DNA of 64,000 nucleotides from Nemertoderma westbladi (taxonomy: Eukaryota > Animalia > Xenacoelomorpha), in NCBI GenBank assembly GCA_032718475.1, contig JAUCBJ010004437.1:22939-86938 (forward strand), read 5' to 3'. Position numbers and translations under genes: made by a program. Positions 1-12,985 of the stretch are shown piece after piece (position 1 is the first letter of the stretch; each line of letters opens with the position of its first letter). Under the pieces are notes generated by a model, which was not told the DNA's origin, did no database searches, and was given only the letters and a program-made list of their open reading frames with translations.

Positions 1-1399
1 AGCTTACACTCTTGAATGGTGAGATTGCTCCCGAACGGTCCGCGTCCGTTGGAAAATGTGTTTCGCTAAATAATTCTACCATTCGCGAACTTTCGCAAGA
101 TGAAAAAGCGGTAGCGTCCATCTTCATTATTTTCCTCTCTATTACCGAATGTAAATAATGGTATTCGATAATGGTAGCCAATTGATTTATCGCCTTACTA
201 AAAATACTAATTTTTCACTAAAATTATTAACAGGAAATCACTAAAATATTCAGTTTCCACTAAAATCTATTAATTAACATTAAATATATTAATTATAAAT
301 TATTGCTAAAATGTGGGAAAGGGCAGGTTACAGTGCCACGTTATTCTAATCTAAATAATAAAGGGATTTTATTACAACAGGCCGTAACAGATTTATTTTT
401 GATGATTCAAAAATATATTTTAGTGATAATTAAATTGAGTGGAGGAAATATATATTTGATAACGAAAAAATTTACTGAAAAACAGGAATTGTTTTAGTGA
501 CCAATAAAATTAATGGGTTTAATACAGGCTACAGTAGTATCAATACAAGTACAACAGTACATATAGAGACATGCAAGGCATAACTACCGACCTTAAGTTG
601 AAACTGAAAGCTTTTTGATAAACATGAGTTAAAGTACCGGCACTGCTACTAATAGGCTAGAACTAAGTTTAGTAACAGTTTATGAATACTGATATTTTTT
701 AAGGGCAAGTTGAAACTAAGTTAAGTCAATGCTCTTACTAAAATCAGTTGTTTTTAGTAACAGATAGCTCTTACTAAACATACATACCTAGTTGCAGCTC
801 TTACTAAAAGCTGTCACTAAGTAGCTGTAACTAATACTAACTCTATGAATACCGCCCCTTTGCACGGAACTACCTTATTAATTATCTAGTAAATGCCATT
901 ATAATGCAAATCAAACACCCTCTTATTTGTTACACTGATTCCGGGGTCTAACACAAATCCTCGACAGGCCACTCGTGGACCAACAGCAGGTTCCCTGAGC
1001 GAAACCGGAGGTCACGTGGGAAGGGAGGTAGGCATTTCTACTAGGGAAGCGCCTAAGGGATCGTATAAGGGTCTTTCGACTATCTAACACATACACCCGA
1101 CGAAAGATATCCCTCTAGGTTAGTTACCTTTACTGGAGGAGATCCCTTACACAGTTAAACTTTTAAATCCGTAGTTGTTCCTAGTAGTAGGTATTTTAAT
1201 ATTATGTGTTCTGGGATTTAATAAGTATTCGTTTGTTCTTTTACTGTAGTATTGAGAAATGGTAGTTGTAGTTCCTTAACTGGTGTACTGTACTTAGATT
1301 AAATATATATTTATAGTGAAATCTTAATACAAAGTATTCTCGTAGAGCTGTCAGTGTAGGTAGTTTTGCTTTCGTTCGTAAATCGGTTGGTATTCTGCG

Positions 1400-1865
1400 G
1401 ACTGATCCAACCAATCTAACTGTCTACAGATTTATTGAATCACATCAGAAAATTATATAATCCCATTACAAGGTACCTTCCGAGGTGCTATTAATTTCGC
1501 ATAAACATGCTTCGCTATTGCAGTTAGATTACCATACTCCCAAACTTGGTTTAATCCATTTGGGTGTCCTATGAATTTGGACACCGTCACTTTAGGAGGC
1601 CCTTCCAGATATTCTAGGAGAAATCGAAGCTTTTCACCATTAGATACTGTAAAACTGAGTTTTGTATATTATCTTTATAATGTCTTTCCTCTATCCTCTT
1701 TCGTAAATGCAGTATGGAAATATTCATTTAAAAATATAGCCTTTTCGATATCTGCTGTAGCAAACAAACCAAATTTCTAAAAGATTTTGGGGTTACTATG
1801 GGCATCACTTGCAATTTTACGTTCGTAGGCGTTCGAAAGCATATTTGTTTCTAGCTTGCTTGTAG
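1400..1865 (-). mobile_element. Degenerate CR1-type LINE ORF2 fragment (left part, split by the outer LTR element); left boundary approximate
   Basis: Minus-strand translation gives FATADIEKAIFLNEYFHTAFTKED, a typical CR1 linker motif. Joined across the TGTAG TSD with 32168+, it reads ..AYKQARNK. Confidence 0.7.
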
Positions 1866-3017
1866 TGTTTGCGCTTTTAAGACCTTTGACAGTTTAACCT
1901 GCCAAATTAGGATGTCTTTTAGATGATATATAGTCTTTAGCCTATGACGAGTATTTGATACACTACATTAGCCGAAGCCAGTCTATGCGCAATCATTCAC
2001 CCGCTGGATATACCCGGGAGACTGAATTCGGAAGCTTAATGATTGATGGTGTAAGCCTACTGTATTATTCGACTGATCGTAATATATAATCTCTGACAAA
2101 TATTATTCACTTTCGGGAAATATTAACAGTTCCTTTAGGACGTGGCGCTCTAAATATGTAAACAGAGTTATGACTTAAACTAGACACAACGAAAAGGCTA
2201 TAGATTCACGTATATGGCGCATTCTTTAGGAGATGCTTTGTTATCAGTTACACTCATACACAATGCTGCACAATACTGCACACTAATCTGCCGACCTTCA
2301 CTAAATTTGGTCACGTATAAAGAGAGCAACATACAATTTATGTGAATTTATGGCATATGAAATAGCATTAGATTCACTTCAAACCACTTAACATAGGTCG
2401 CAATCGTTTATCTGTAACCGGTCTCTCTAACCTTTAGTATATCAAGAAGATTGGGATGTCGGACTATTGATCAGTATTCCAAATATAATCTTCCATCAAC
2501 AAATATAATGAATAACCGACAGTAAAAGCAGTAATATTAGTAATTTATGGATAGTGAGTGAGTAAGTGAGTAGATAACAGATATATGTTCTATAATTAAG
2601 CCTACTAATGTAAGACTAAAGACTGAAACACGGAGGTGCCAAAAGCCGGTGTTCTTAGGCTCTGGGCAAAAACATAACACTGAACTACTGAGTTTCTGTA
2701 TCCACCTCCAACACAGAAACAAAAAACGCTCTGATTGGTCAACCGAACAACGAGAGAACAAAGAAACAAAGAAATGTCGACGTGGCAATATCAGCTGTTA
2801 GCCGTCGTCATGGTAGCGACACTGTTTTCAAGAGTATCTAGCTTATCGCGTCACGAGATTGCGGATTATGTCCTCTAAAGTACAAATACAGAAGAAATGA
2901 CTTTTATGTCCTCTAAAACACCAGTGCAGTAAGGACACGGCCCTTTTATGCCTGGTAAACCAACCACAGAGTACTTTACGGGGAAAATAACCGGCTAATT
3001 ACGCAAAAGCTTTTACA
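1866..3017 (-). repeat. 3' LTR of outer element (1152 bp)
   Basis: Direct repeat of 31021-32167; about 6 substitutions and 2 small indel patches seen by eye. Confidence 0.97.
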
Positions 3018-3025
3018 CCGCTCCC
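3018..3025 (-). other. Polypurine tract of outer element (GGGAGCGG)
   Basis: Purine-rich run abutting the 3' LTR on the minus strand. Confidence 0.7.
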
Positions 3026-3488
3026 AGAAAATGGGATTTAAGTCTATAAAATATAACAAATCACAGTTTCTAAAATATAAAGATACTCTAAACAGTTAGT
3101 CTTTCTTACGCAGACGGCGTTTACGCAGTTTTTTGAGGCTAGCAAGAGTCCTTTTCTCTTTGGGGGGAGCCACTTTACTAGGAGGGCTATAAATCCTGGG
3201 TGAAGGGTGCAATATGATTGCATCAGAAGGTGTAGGATTATGGTCGGGGTATCCGCCGTTTCGATATGCTTCTCCTCGAGCTGATTTTCCTCCGCTCGTA
3301 GCTGGATACGTTCATCCAAAAACTCTCGCAGAGAATGGGGTTGTCTAAGTTCGATATCTTCTTAGAGATTCTGGATTTCACAATCGAACTGAGATAAAGA
3401 CAATTCGTTTATCGCTTGGACTTGCTGTTACAACTTACGTTTATCTGAACAAACGCAGGTTTCCTTTCTGATCTTTGTAGAATAGCGT

Positions 3489-4619
3489 TTAACTCGTTTG
3501 GTACAACGTTCTCCGCCACTCTGGTGACAGGTTATATCGTGTCAAGCCGGGACGATGGTAAGGGTTAAACGGCGATATTAAATGTCCGCGTCCCAATCCG
3601 GCTAGGTAGAATGGGCTAATATCTAGGAAGCCCACAACTAGGGTGCCACCGACTAATTGTTCAGGTAACACTAGATCTTTGAGCAGTGAGTACAGCTCGG
3701 GAGGATCCGTCATACTAATAGGATCAAGAGTCTGAAGTCTCACTAGGGAATGAGGAGTTCTGATCGAGTATTCCGAAACTCTGATCATTGGTTTATTTAA
3801 GGATCGTCTGAGTCGAACGAGCGTAGGTGATACATCGAACAAGTTTCGCTCGAAACTCCCGTAAGTATAGCGAGTAAAACCGTGTTTAAAGCAACGTCTC
3901 CGCGGATGTTTATGTCTTTCCGTTTGTTGGTTGGGTCTTGGGCATTCATTGCAATAATACCCAAAAACGTACGTCTTGTAGGGGAAACGCGAGTGATCTT
4001 TCTCCAGCTTACAATATTCCTCCATCCGTTCGAAGCTATTCGGTACAACAGGTAGCGGTCGATCGGCGGTAAGATACATCATAGGGGAATAGAGCCGTTT
4101 GAGTTCTACCATGCGGTCATGATGTATACCTTGAGGATATCGAGTTTCTAGATTTTGTTGACTGGCAATATTGAGATATGTTTCTATCAGGAATTCCAGA
4201 TAATCGTTGAAGTCGCTGCGTTTATCCGGCTCCTCAACGTCTTCTCTTTCGAGTCTGTTTCGAATAGAATTCTCGTGTTCCATTCTCGGTTTATCGTTCC
4301 GCCTCCGCTGGGTAGGATATTTCAATCGTACCATTTCCCTTTTGGTGTCGACATTGTCCGTATTGTGTAAATCGATAGGATGGCCAGTAGTTAAGAAGTC
4401 CACATACGTACCATTACGATGCGTATAGCGAGCGGTGAATTTCTTATAGTCCAACTCACGCGTGAGCTGCTCTTGGGACATTGGCGGTTCGATATAACGA
4501 CCATCGTCCTCCACAGCAGTTGGACCAGCGTCGCCGTGTATCAAGCTATCAACAAACGCTTGTAAAGGTAGAGTATATCGCTCCCTGATACCAAGATCAT
4601 CTTCTATCAACTCAATCAT
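3489..4619 (-). CDS. Accessory ORF of outer element, 376 aa, unknown function; a degenerate continuation runs to about 3250
   Basis: Open ORF between integrase and 3' LTR. No signal peptide or TM segment. Cys/His cluster (CNEC..H.H...CFKH). Homologous to 53430-54325. Confidence 0.75.
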   Translation of the reverse strand: MIELIEDDLGIRERYTLPLQAFVDSLIHGDAGPTAVEDDGRYIEPPMSQEQLTRELDYKKFTARYTHRNGTYVDFLTTGHPIDLHNTDNVDTKREMVRLKYPTQRRRNDKPRMEHENSIRNRLEREDVEEPDKRSDFNDYLEFLIETYLNIASQQNLETRYPQGIHHDRMVELKRLYSPMMYLTADRPLPVVPNSFERMEEYCKLEKDHSRFPYKTYVFGYYCNECPRPNQQTERHKHPRRRCFKHGFTRYTYGSFERNLFDVSPTLVRLRRSLNKPMIRVSEYSIRTPHSLVRLQTLDPISMTDPPELYSLLKDLVLPEQLVGGTLVVGFLDISPFYLAGLGRGHLISPFNPYHRPGLTRYNLSPEWRRTLYQTS

Positions 4620-6274
4620 ATCTGCTATATAAATTTATCCATATTATAATGAGTTTACATTTAGGCGAGCGGGCGTCGCTGCCTACCCCTCTCTGCCCCC
4701 GGACAGTGCGAGATCCTCAGCGCTGATGTACTTTCGCCGATGTGCCTATCGCCAACGTCGTAGCTGCACAACGACTACAACAACCAGCACGAGCCACTCC
4801 ACCGTCCGTCCCAAAGGCTTAGATATACTTCAGGTTCTTACTGGAGAGTTAGGGTTACTTTCACAATTGCGACTCGCTACTGTAAACACACCTTAGTAGT
4901 AACATTCACCTACAAACGCACAAATTCCACGTAACTGTCACAAATTGTACACATTCTATCACACATTCGGGTCATTTGTCCGTTAGTCAAGTGCCTTCCA
5001 GAATGTCACGTTGTTATTATGTATCTTTAGATACTAGCGGTGTGCTATTTATTCCGTATGCTATTCAATGGGCAAGCCTGTTATTGTTCTTTTAACTCAC
5101 TTCTAATTCTAGCGTGGTTGTTGCCATGGTGACATTATGGAAAGCTAGCAGTAGAATTAGGGTAATTCTCATGCATACAGATCTGGGATGCTATTTAATA
5201 GTAATTCTTTAATGGTCAATATCCCCTTTATACATGATTCTATGAATTTTATCGGCTATTGACTATACATTGGAGATTCTCGCACACAAATACACTTAAT
5301 AGAGTGAATCTCCGCTCCCATGATCTATTAATTAATGGAATTTTGGGAATGTTATAAATTGTATAAAATGACAATTTATTAAATTCATCGAAATATCTGA
5401 ATTTAAATTTATTCCCGTAAATTTTATTATTTAATGTTAAATAGACACAATTTTATTCCAGAACGTGTCTGGGGACTGGGATCCTTGATTCTAGGAATTT
5501 TGTCCTTTTAAGAGTATCGGTAAGTGCTACGATATCTTAATCGACTAGAATTTTAAAGGATCTGATATTTGACAGATTTTTGTAAATATTAATAATTAAT
5601 ATTTAGGATGGGCACCAGTTTATTCCAGAACTTGTCTGGGGACGTTAACCATTGATTCTAGAAATTTGTCTTTCAAGTATATCGGTGGGTGCCGCGATAT
5701 CTTAATCGACTAGAATTACATATGGTCAAAGGGTTTAACAGATTTATTTTGCGTTATACGCTACTGTTAAAAGGACATCACGCTACTATATGTATTATTT
5801 AATATACGGTATGAGAGCAATATCGCACGAAGCAATGTCAGTGTGAAGAGGCAAGTCGTTTCCAAGGTCTACCCAGAGCTTGGTTTAGCCGAGACACGAG
5901 GATCTGAACTTTGCATTCCTAATACTCTGCCTACCAATAATACTTGAATATTGTAGTGGCTTTATTGTACTTTAATAAGTACGAAGATTTCATCTTACTG
6001 TAGTCACGTATTGATAATGTAATACGGGCAGTAAGGAAAGAGAAAAATTAATTATTTCTCGCCATCACACTAAATATATAATATAAGTAATTACGTACGT
6101 AATAAACACTAATATATTGCACTAATCTACTAAATGATCACTAAAATAACATGTTACTAAATAAAATTAAATAAAACGATTAAAATAAAATTACATAATA
6201 ATACATACATAAATATAAAAATAAAACAAATACAAATATAAAGTAATATGGTCACACACCCACTCCAGCCGTTG

Positions 6275-9200
6275 TTAAGTTGGGGAGTCCCTAAATGTTT
6301 GTTGGATTAGGGAGGTGGTCGTGGGAAGAGTATCTTGTCTCCCATAGTTTCCGGAGAGTTCTCTGTCTCTTTCCAGTAAACATAAACGTCCCACTGGGCG
6401 ATTGAGCTGCTGCGTCTCGAAGACAATTCCCGGTTTCTTGAAGTTACGTCGCATGACGACGAGTTCTACCGATCGCACCAAACCGTCATCCGAGATGTGC
6501 GTCTCGATTATACGACCTGTCTGCCACCGCTTACGTGGAAGATCCACATCCACAATAAGCACCATGTCTCCAGCGCTGACGTTTTCTTGCTGCGCAAACC
6601 ACTTAGTTCGAAGTTGTAGCGTGGGCAGATAATGTTTTTCGAAATGGTCAGCGAAACGACGGGATAACAACTGCATGAGTTGCCAAGTTTGTCGGCAGTA
6701 CTCGTCTCCGTCTGTGATTTCCGATTGTGGGAGCATGGCTACAGGTTTCTTCAGTAGGAAGTGCGCGGGTGTTAGCGCCTCCAGGGAATCGGGACTCGAT
6801 GAGACTGGCATAAGCGGTCTCTCGTTGAGATAGGCGGCGATTTCTTCCATTAACGTCCGCAAAAGTTCGTCGGTGAGATAAGCGCGGCAAGGCACTATAA
6901 AATGAAATGCTGTCTTCACACTTCTTATTAATCTCTCCCAACTTCCTCCCCACCAAGGGGCGTCGGCGGCGTTGAAGGTCCAACTAGACGCTGTTACTCG
7001 TAGTTGGTCGTCCACCTGTCTTTGGTTCCAATCTTTGACGTAAGCTGTGATTTCATTGTTGGCACCAATGAAGTTTGTTCCCTTATCAGATCTCATCGTG
7101 TTACTAGTGCCAAAGCGAGCGATCTGTCGTCGTAAGCTTAATAGAAAGCTGTTGGTAGATAAATCGTTCACCATATCGAGATGGATGGCTCTACAAGTCA
7201 TACAAACAAAGATTACACACCATCTCTTGACTATAGTCCTAGCACGATATACTTCAATAGGGCCAAATAAATCCACACCGGTATTAGTAAAGGGTGGTTC
7301 ATAAAAGCTTACTCGTTCCCTAGGTAATTCTGCCTCTCGCTGTGTTAAAGGCCTACTGAATGCTTTCCTACAGGGTATACAGTTCCTAAGAACTTGGTTC
7401 AGAGCTCTACGGGGTTTATAAAAATAATAGCGAGTTCGAATTTTGCTAAGAACTCATTCTCTACCAGCATGATAAAGTTTGCTGTGAACATCTACAATCA
7501 TCTTGACTTGTATTTCAAGATTTCTAATGAGTATGGGGAACTTAGTATCAAAGGATAATGGGGCATTCGTTAACCTTCCTCCAACACATATCAACCCATC
7601 TATCATTGTGCTAGAGAAACGATCCCTTAAGCGCATCTGTGGATTTCTCAACAACAGGAAATACTTATCGGAATCTTCATAGCATTGTAAGAGTCTCAGC
7701 ATCTGTTTGTTGGTTTCTTCATGCTCCTGATAACTGATCTTCTCCTTCAGAAACTTGTCGGGTATCTTATATTGGGGAAGATCTTTAATAACATGGACCT
7801 GCACTGATGTTATGGGAGCGGTATCACCTTTGGCCTTCATCCCGGAGTAGTGATGGTGAAAACATCTCTTTAAATATGTAACGGCTTTACAGAGCCGATT
7901 CCAGGAACTGTAGTGATGTATCGCTCTCTGCAGAAGAGGTGAGAGTCCTTGCGAGACGTCTGGTATGCCAGATTTCCAATCTTTATCACGGATTTCCACA
8001 ATGGGTTTATTTGTGGCTGTGGGTTTCTGATCCAAAGCGTCGTCTCCGGAAGTATGTAGTACAGACAGATCTACTGTGGGTTTGAATAACTTCGATTTAC
8101 TCGCCTGAGTTTTAGGTTTGACTTTCTCCGCTCCCTTGGCCTGTCTAATTTCTGCTGTAGTAAGATGAGGAGGCCATTCTTCTTCTTCTTGGTAGAGGAA
8201 GTCGGGTCCACCTAACCAGTCTGGAGTATCTACCAGTTCTTGTGGAGTTGCTCCCCTGGAAGCGAGGTCTGCTGGATTAATCGTTCCGGGGCAATGTCTC
8301 CATTGATCCATCGTCGTGCGACTGAGTATAATAGCTACTCTGTTGGTAACGAAGACGCTGAACTGACAGACTTCATTGGTTATATACTCCAACACGAGTA
8401 AAGCGTCGGTCCAATAGACAGTTTTCTCCAGGGGATAGTCGATCTGTTCTGTTACATTCCGGCCGATGGCTGTAGCGTATAGAGCCGCTTTTAACTCCGC
8501 TCGAGGAACTTTCAACTTGTTGTTTATCAATGCCTTAGAGGTAACCAAGGCGACTTTGATTCCGTCCGGAGTTTCCACCCTTAGGTAGGCTACTATACCT
8601 ATTCCCATATCGCTGGCGTCTCCAAACACATGGAGTTGATATGAATACGTAGGGAGAACATGACCAAAATATGAACGGGAAATTATAAAGTTTTCGATGG
8701 CTGGTAGAGAATCTTCCCATTTCATCCACTTCTTTAATAATTCTCCCTTAAGTGGATCGTCCCATGAGTGGTTTTCAAGCCACATTTGTTGTACTAAACT
8801 CCGAGCAATCAATATAACTGGGCTAATAAATCCCAATGGATCGAAATAAGTGCTCAGGATACTTAAACAAATCCGTTTAGTCCGAACTGGATTATCTCGC
8901 TGTTTTAATTGGAAAAACAGGATATCTCTTTCTGTGTCCCATTTCAAACCAAGGGTCTTAGTTTCTGGGAGATCATCCTTTATTAGATCTAGGTCTTTTG
9001 TTCCCCGATCTTCAACCGGGATCAACTCCAGAAACTCACGGGAGTTGCTAGTGAATTTAGTTAATCGAAATCCTCCTTTCTTTAAGCATTCTACCGTTCC
9101 TTTAGCGACCTCAATGGCTTCTTCTACTGATGGAAGGGACTTCAGATTATCGTCCATGTAGATGTCTCGTTTGATATTGTCGATCACTTCTTTAGAGAAG

Positions 9201-11562
9201 GCGTCTCGGTTGTCATCCGCAGTGGTGCGCACCACGGAACAGGTGTTTGAAGGGCTCGAGATTATCCCAAAAGCTTGGATGGTCATCCAGTACTCCACAG
9301 GTTTCTTATTGAGGTCTCCTTCAGGCCACCACAAAAATCGTAGGCTATCTCGATCCCTATCCAGCGCTTTGACTTGTAAGAACATGCCTTCTATATCTGA
9401 GGCGAAAGCAATGGAATATTGTCTTAATCTTAATAGTATTCCCAACAAGGATTGGAGTAAGTTGGGTCCGGGTAACAATTCAGAATTAAGAGATTGGCCC
9501 ATATAAAGTGTGGAACCGTCAAACACCACTCGTACTTCATGGGGTTTACCGGGTTTGGGAACGTAATGGTGAGTTAAATAATACGTTCTCTCAGTTATAG
9601 GGGTTTCTGCCGGTACTAGCTCCGCATATCCCTTGCTAATAAACTTCTTCAACTGCGTTTGATACATTTCTTTAGCTGAAGAATTTGCCGTAAGGCGTCG
9701 ATGTAGTTGAGCAATTCTTTTCTCCGCCAAAGGTCTGTTGTTAATGAACTTTGGTTCTCGCTTTCGGAAAGGAAGACCGATCTCATATCTACCTTGATCT
9801 TTAAGAAAACGAGTAGTTGTCGCTTGGATCTGCTTGGCTCTTTCTTCCTCCACCGATAGGGCCTTATCGTAGGAGTTGGGCTCTACGACTTCTTGAGTAA
9901 AGAATCTCACGGCGTGTTCATCTCGAGTCTTGGCATTATAACGTTCAATGACGTCATTAAGCTCGTCGTTATAGTCGTCTCGCTCGGATGGGAGAAGGAG
10001 TTGACATAAGTTCACTTGATTTTGCCAAGTCTCGCTTTCCTTAAGGAGATCGATGGCATTCTCCTCATCAAAAAGTTGATGTATATCGTCGTTGTCTGAG
10101 GAGTATGGAGTTCCCTCAGTTGGATCGTCGAACTCACTGTTCTCAACTTCCCATTCTCGCACTTGATATACTTGATCTTTCGGTAATCTTTCTATGAGAG
10201 TTCTACGGGAAGGGCCAGTAAAGTACCAACCTACTCTAGTTCTTACCGCATAGGTTTGTAGTGGCTGCGGTTGAGCAGGCCGTTTCTCCAATGTCTCGAG
10301 CGCCTCATGCGCGTTTTGGCCGATGAGTATTTGCACTCCAGGATAATCAGTCTGGAATCGAGGTATCTTAAGATATTGAATGCTCTCATCCTCGTCCCAA
10401 TTATAAAGGTCTGCTTGAGTAGTAGCGAAATTCTTTATAGCCACCATTTTCACTGACCTTATGCTACGTTCTCCTAGTTCGTCCTGGGGGGTGGACAACG
10501 CACCGACATAATAATCCGCGGTTACTGTGGATTTCCAAACTTGCATAATTCCCGACATGTTTAGCTTAGTTCGGAACTTGGGTTGTCCAGCGAATATGTC
10601 TTCGGCTAGCTCTTTGTCGATGAATGTTCCTGTACTACCTGAGTCAAGGAGGGCGTTCACTACATAACTCCTTTTTGGTCCGTGGACCCTTACCTGTACC
10701 ACAGGAAATTCTCTAATCCCTACATTGGAAGTTGGCGCTTTCCAAAATGGTTGTTGATCAGAAGTAGTTAGGGTAATGTCGCTGTCCGTATCCTTTTCAT
10801 ACATGAGTGCTCGATACACTGTGGTATTTATTGTGTAACAGGATTCGTTTTCGTCGGAGAACTTGTCTGTATAGAATCCTTCCATCTCAGATTGATCAGT
10901 GTCGTTCACATCACTGAATTGGACATGTAGTTCGGAATCACTTACCTGACTCGGACTATTTCGCTCGAATTCCGTGTGCAACAAGATATGATGTTTCGCA
11001 CCGCACTTGGCACATCTTGTGTCAGAGTAACAGGTTCGCCGTTGGTGTCCATGTCTGAGGCAATTATAACACAACCGCTTATCCCACATGACTTCACGTC
11101 TCTCAGTTAATGATTTCTTTAGAAATTCATCACACATATTTAAGCGATGGGTCCCATCACATAGCGCACATTTCGGTTTGATGTTACTTACCTTACTCTG
11201 AGTAACATTGTGTACACTTGTCTTTTCTTCTGGCTTTCTCACCTGAATTCTCTTGGGAGACGTAGGAGGAGTTTTTCTTACCTGTTCTCTCCTGTCATTG
11301 GTTCGAGACTTGAATTTACTTACCTGATCTTTAGGCATTTTATTGACATAATAAGATCTGTCAGTGTCTTTCCCGCTATCTTCTCCTTGAGAAGTCTGGC
11401 TTTCGCCGTCGTCTGTATAACACACTGGTGTTACCTTTCTCCTAGAGACGGGTTTTTCACTTACCTTGTTTTCCGGTGTCTTCTCTCTGGACAGTTTTAG
11501 GAGCTGTAATTTCACTTCTCCATCTAGGAATGACATGAGATCAGCCATGGTAGGGTCTCGTC
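6275..11562 (-). pseudogene. Outer element gag C-terminus plus pol (zinc knuckles, protease, RT, RNase H, integrase) with one in-frame TGA at 7454-7456
   Basis: CALCDGTHRLNMC, CYNCLRHGHQRRTC, CAKCGAKHHILLH (BEL triple knuckle); LLDSGS; YMDD; FGDAS; H..HAG..CIPC; VDLFGP, SDKGTNF, WERL. ORFs 7454-11548 and 6275-7276 are in the same frame. Confidence 0.95.
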
Positions 11563-12100
11563 TGTGACGGGATCCAGGAGGGATCCCGATTTATCCGATG
11601 TGGTATTTAGTCCACGCGTCCCCGCCGTGTATAAGAGTGAAATAAAGATAACTGAGTTCTGAAGTTCGGTGTATAATAATAGGTTATAGGATATAGATAT
11701 ATTGTGAATTATACGGTAGGCGGGATACGGTAACTAAAGTCCCGTGATCCCCTAACTAAACTAATTGGCTGTACCCTACGCTAGCACTGCTGCACTGAGA
11801 TAACTGAATCACTGATTAATAGGTTATTGGTTATATTGCACGGTGGCCTTACTGCTACTCAATCGATGCCATTCCCCCCTCTGATTGGTTAATACCCTTG
11901 TTGGCGCCCCGTGGAGTATTCCCGTTCACTCCACCTATTTCCTCTGGGTTAGGGGTTTGGCCCCTGACCCTCTATTGTGTGCTTCCTTCCCACTCTTATT
12001 GGGATGGCACGAGTTGGTTAATTGCCCAATCTCGTGGCTCCCAATATTGCTTATCGGCTTATAACTTTATGGGGTGTTGGCGGGATTGAATAAGCTAACA
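11563..12100 (-). repeat. 3' LTR of inner element
   Basis: Direct repeat of 25451-25988; TG..CA ends. Confidence 0.98.
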
Positions 12101-12110
12101 CTCCCCCCCA
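12101..12110 (-). other. Polypurine tract of inner element (TGGGGGGGAG)
   Basis: G-rich run abutting the 3' LTR. Confidence 0.85.
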
Positions 12111-12985
12111 TGCTATCTTCCCGGTAAGAAGATAGCATCAACCAAAAAAGTGCGTTACAATCCCGCTGGATCCCGATCTAGTATCGGGTGTGGGGTGGAA
12201 TTCTTTTCTCTAGGAGCCGGTTTTCCAGGCCGCCCCCTATGGGTATGATAACGCTACCCTGTGTGCCTGGCGTCTCATGTCGGGCCGATCGCGCTCACCT
12301 CTTCACACGACCTTTGTTTCCCCAACACTTTCGCCCTATCTCACCTTCACTCTCACCCTAGCTCTCTCACATTCGGACCTCCCCGTCCCTTACTCAGCCT
12401 CTTATCCTCCCCCCCCACACTCTAGAATCGCGTCCGCACTCTCTCTGCACTCCACTCTATCACTTCGATCCTCAACCTCACTTTGACTGTTTTTATCTCT
12501 CCTGACGAACCTCCCCCCCCTCTCGTGCCGTCGCACTCAAGAAGTGTGAAATTGTCAGTTGTCTCGTCCATAGTGCCATAGTCAGTTATTCCCCCCAGTC
12601 CCACTAGCTAGTTGAGAAGGGTTGTATGACTATAGTACTTACTCCAAACGTATGTATTTTACTGCTAATCACTACGTACGTACATACAAATTGCACTTAT
12701 ATGATTATTTGCATTAATTAAATTTGTACTTAATAGTTCGTACGTTACATGCGGCGCCTTCCAGGCGCACCACTTCCCAGTCTCAGTCTCATTCCCTCGT
12801 CCCCGGGAACTTATCTGTTCCTCCTCACGTCCTCTTCCCTGGCCCGTTTCTTGGTTATCACCGCTCCTCTGGCATCATCCGCTTTCTGCTTCCGGACCTT
12901 CGCTGCCACTTCCTTGCTGATCCCGGTCGTCGGCTCCTTGGGCGCTGGTGTTATTAAAGCCCGATACCGCTTCGCCGGTGGCCCC

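Noticed and set aside
930-1140. GC-richer patch checked for a hammerhead ribozyme
   Set aside because: No CTGATGA core with properly paired stems was found.
2537-2788. 83-aa ORF, repeated at 31687-31938, and 63-aa ORF at 11898/25786
   Set aside because: They recur only because they lie in LTRs; non-ATG starts and no protein features.
12230-12604. Possible additional small ORF near the inner 3' LTR
   Set aside because: Short, purine-biased, no motif and no second copy to support it.
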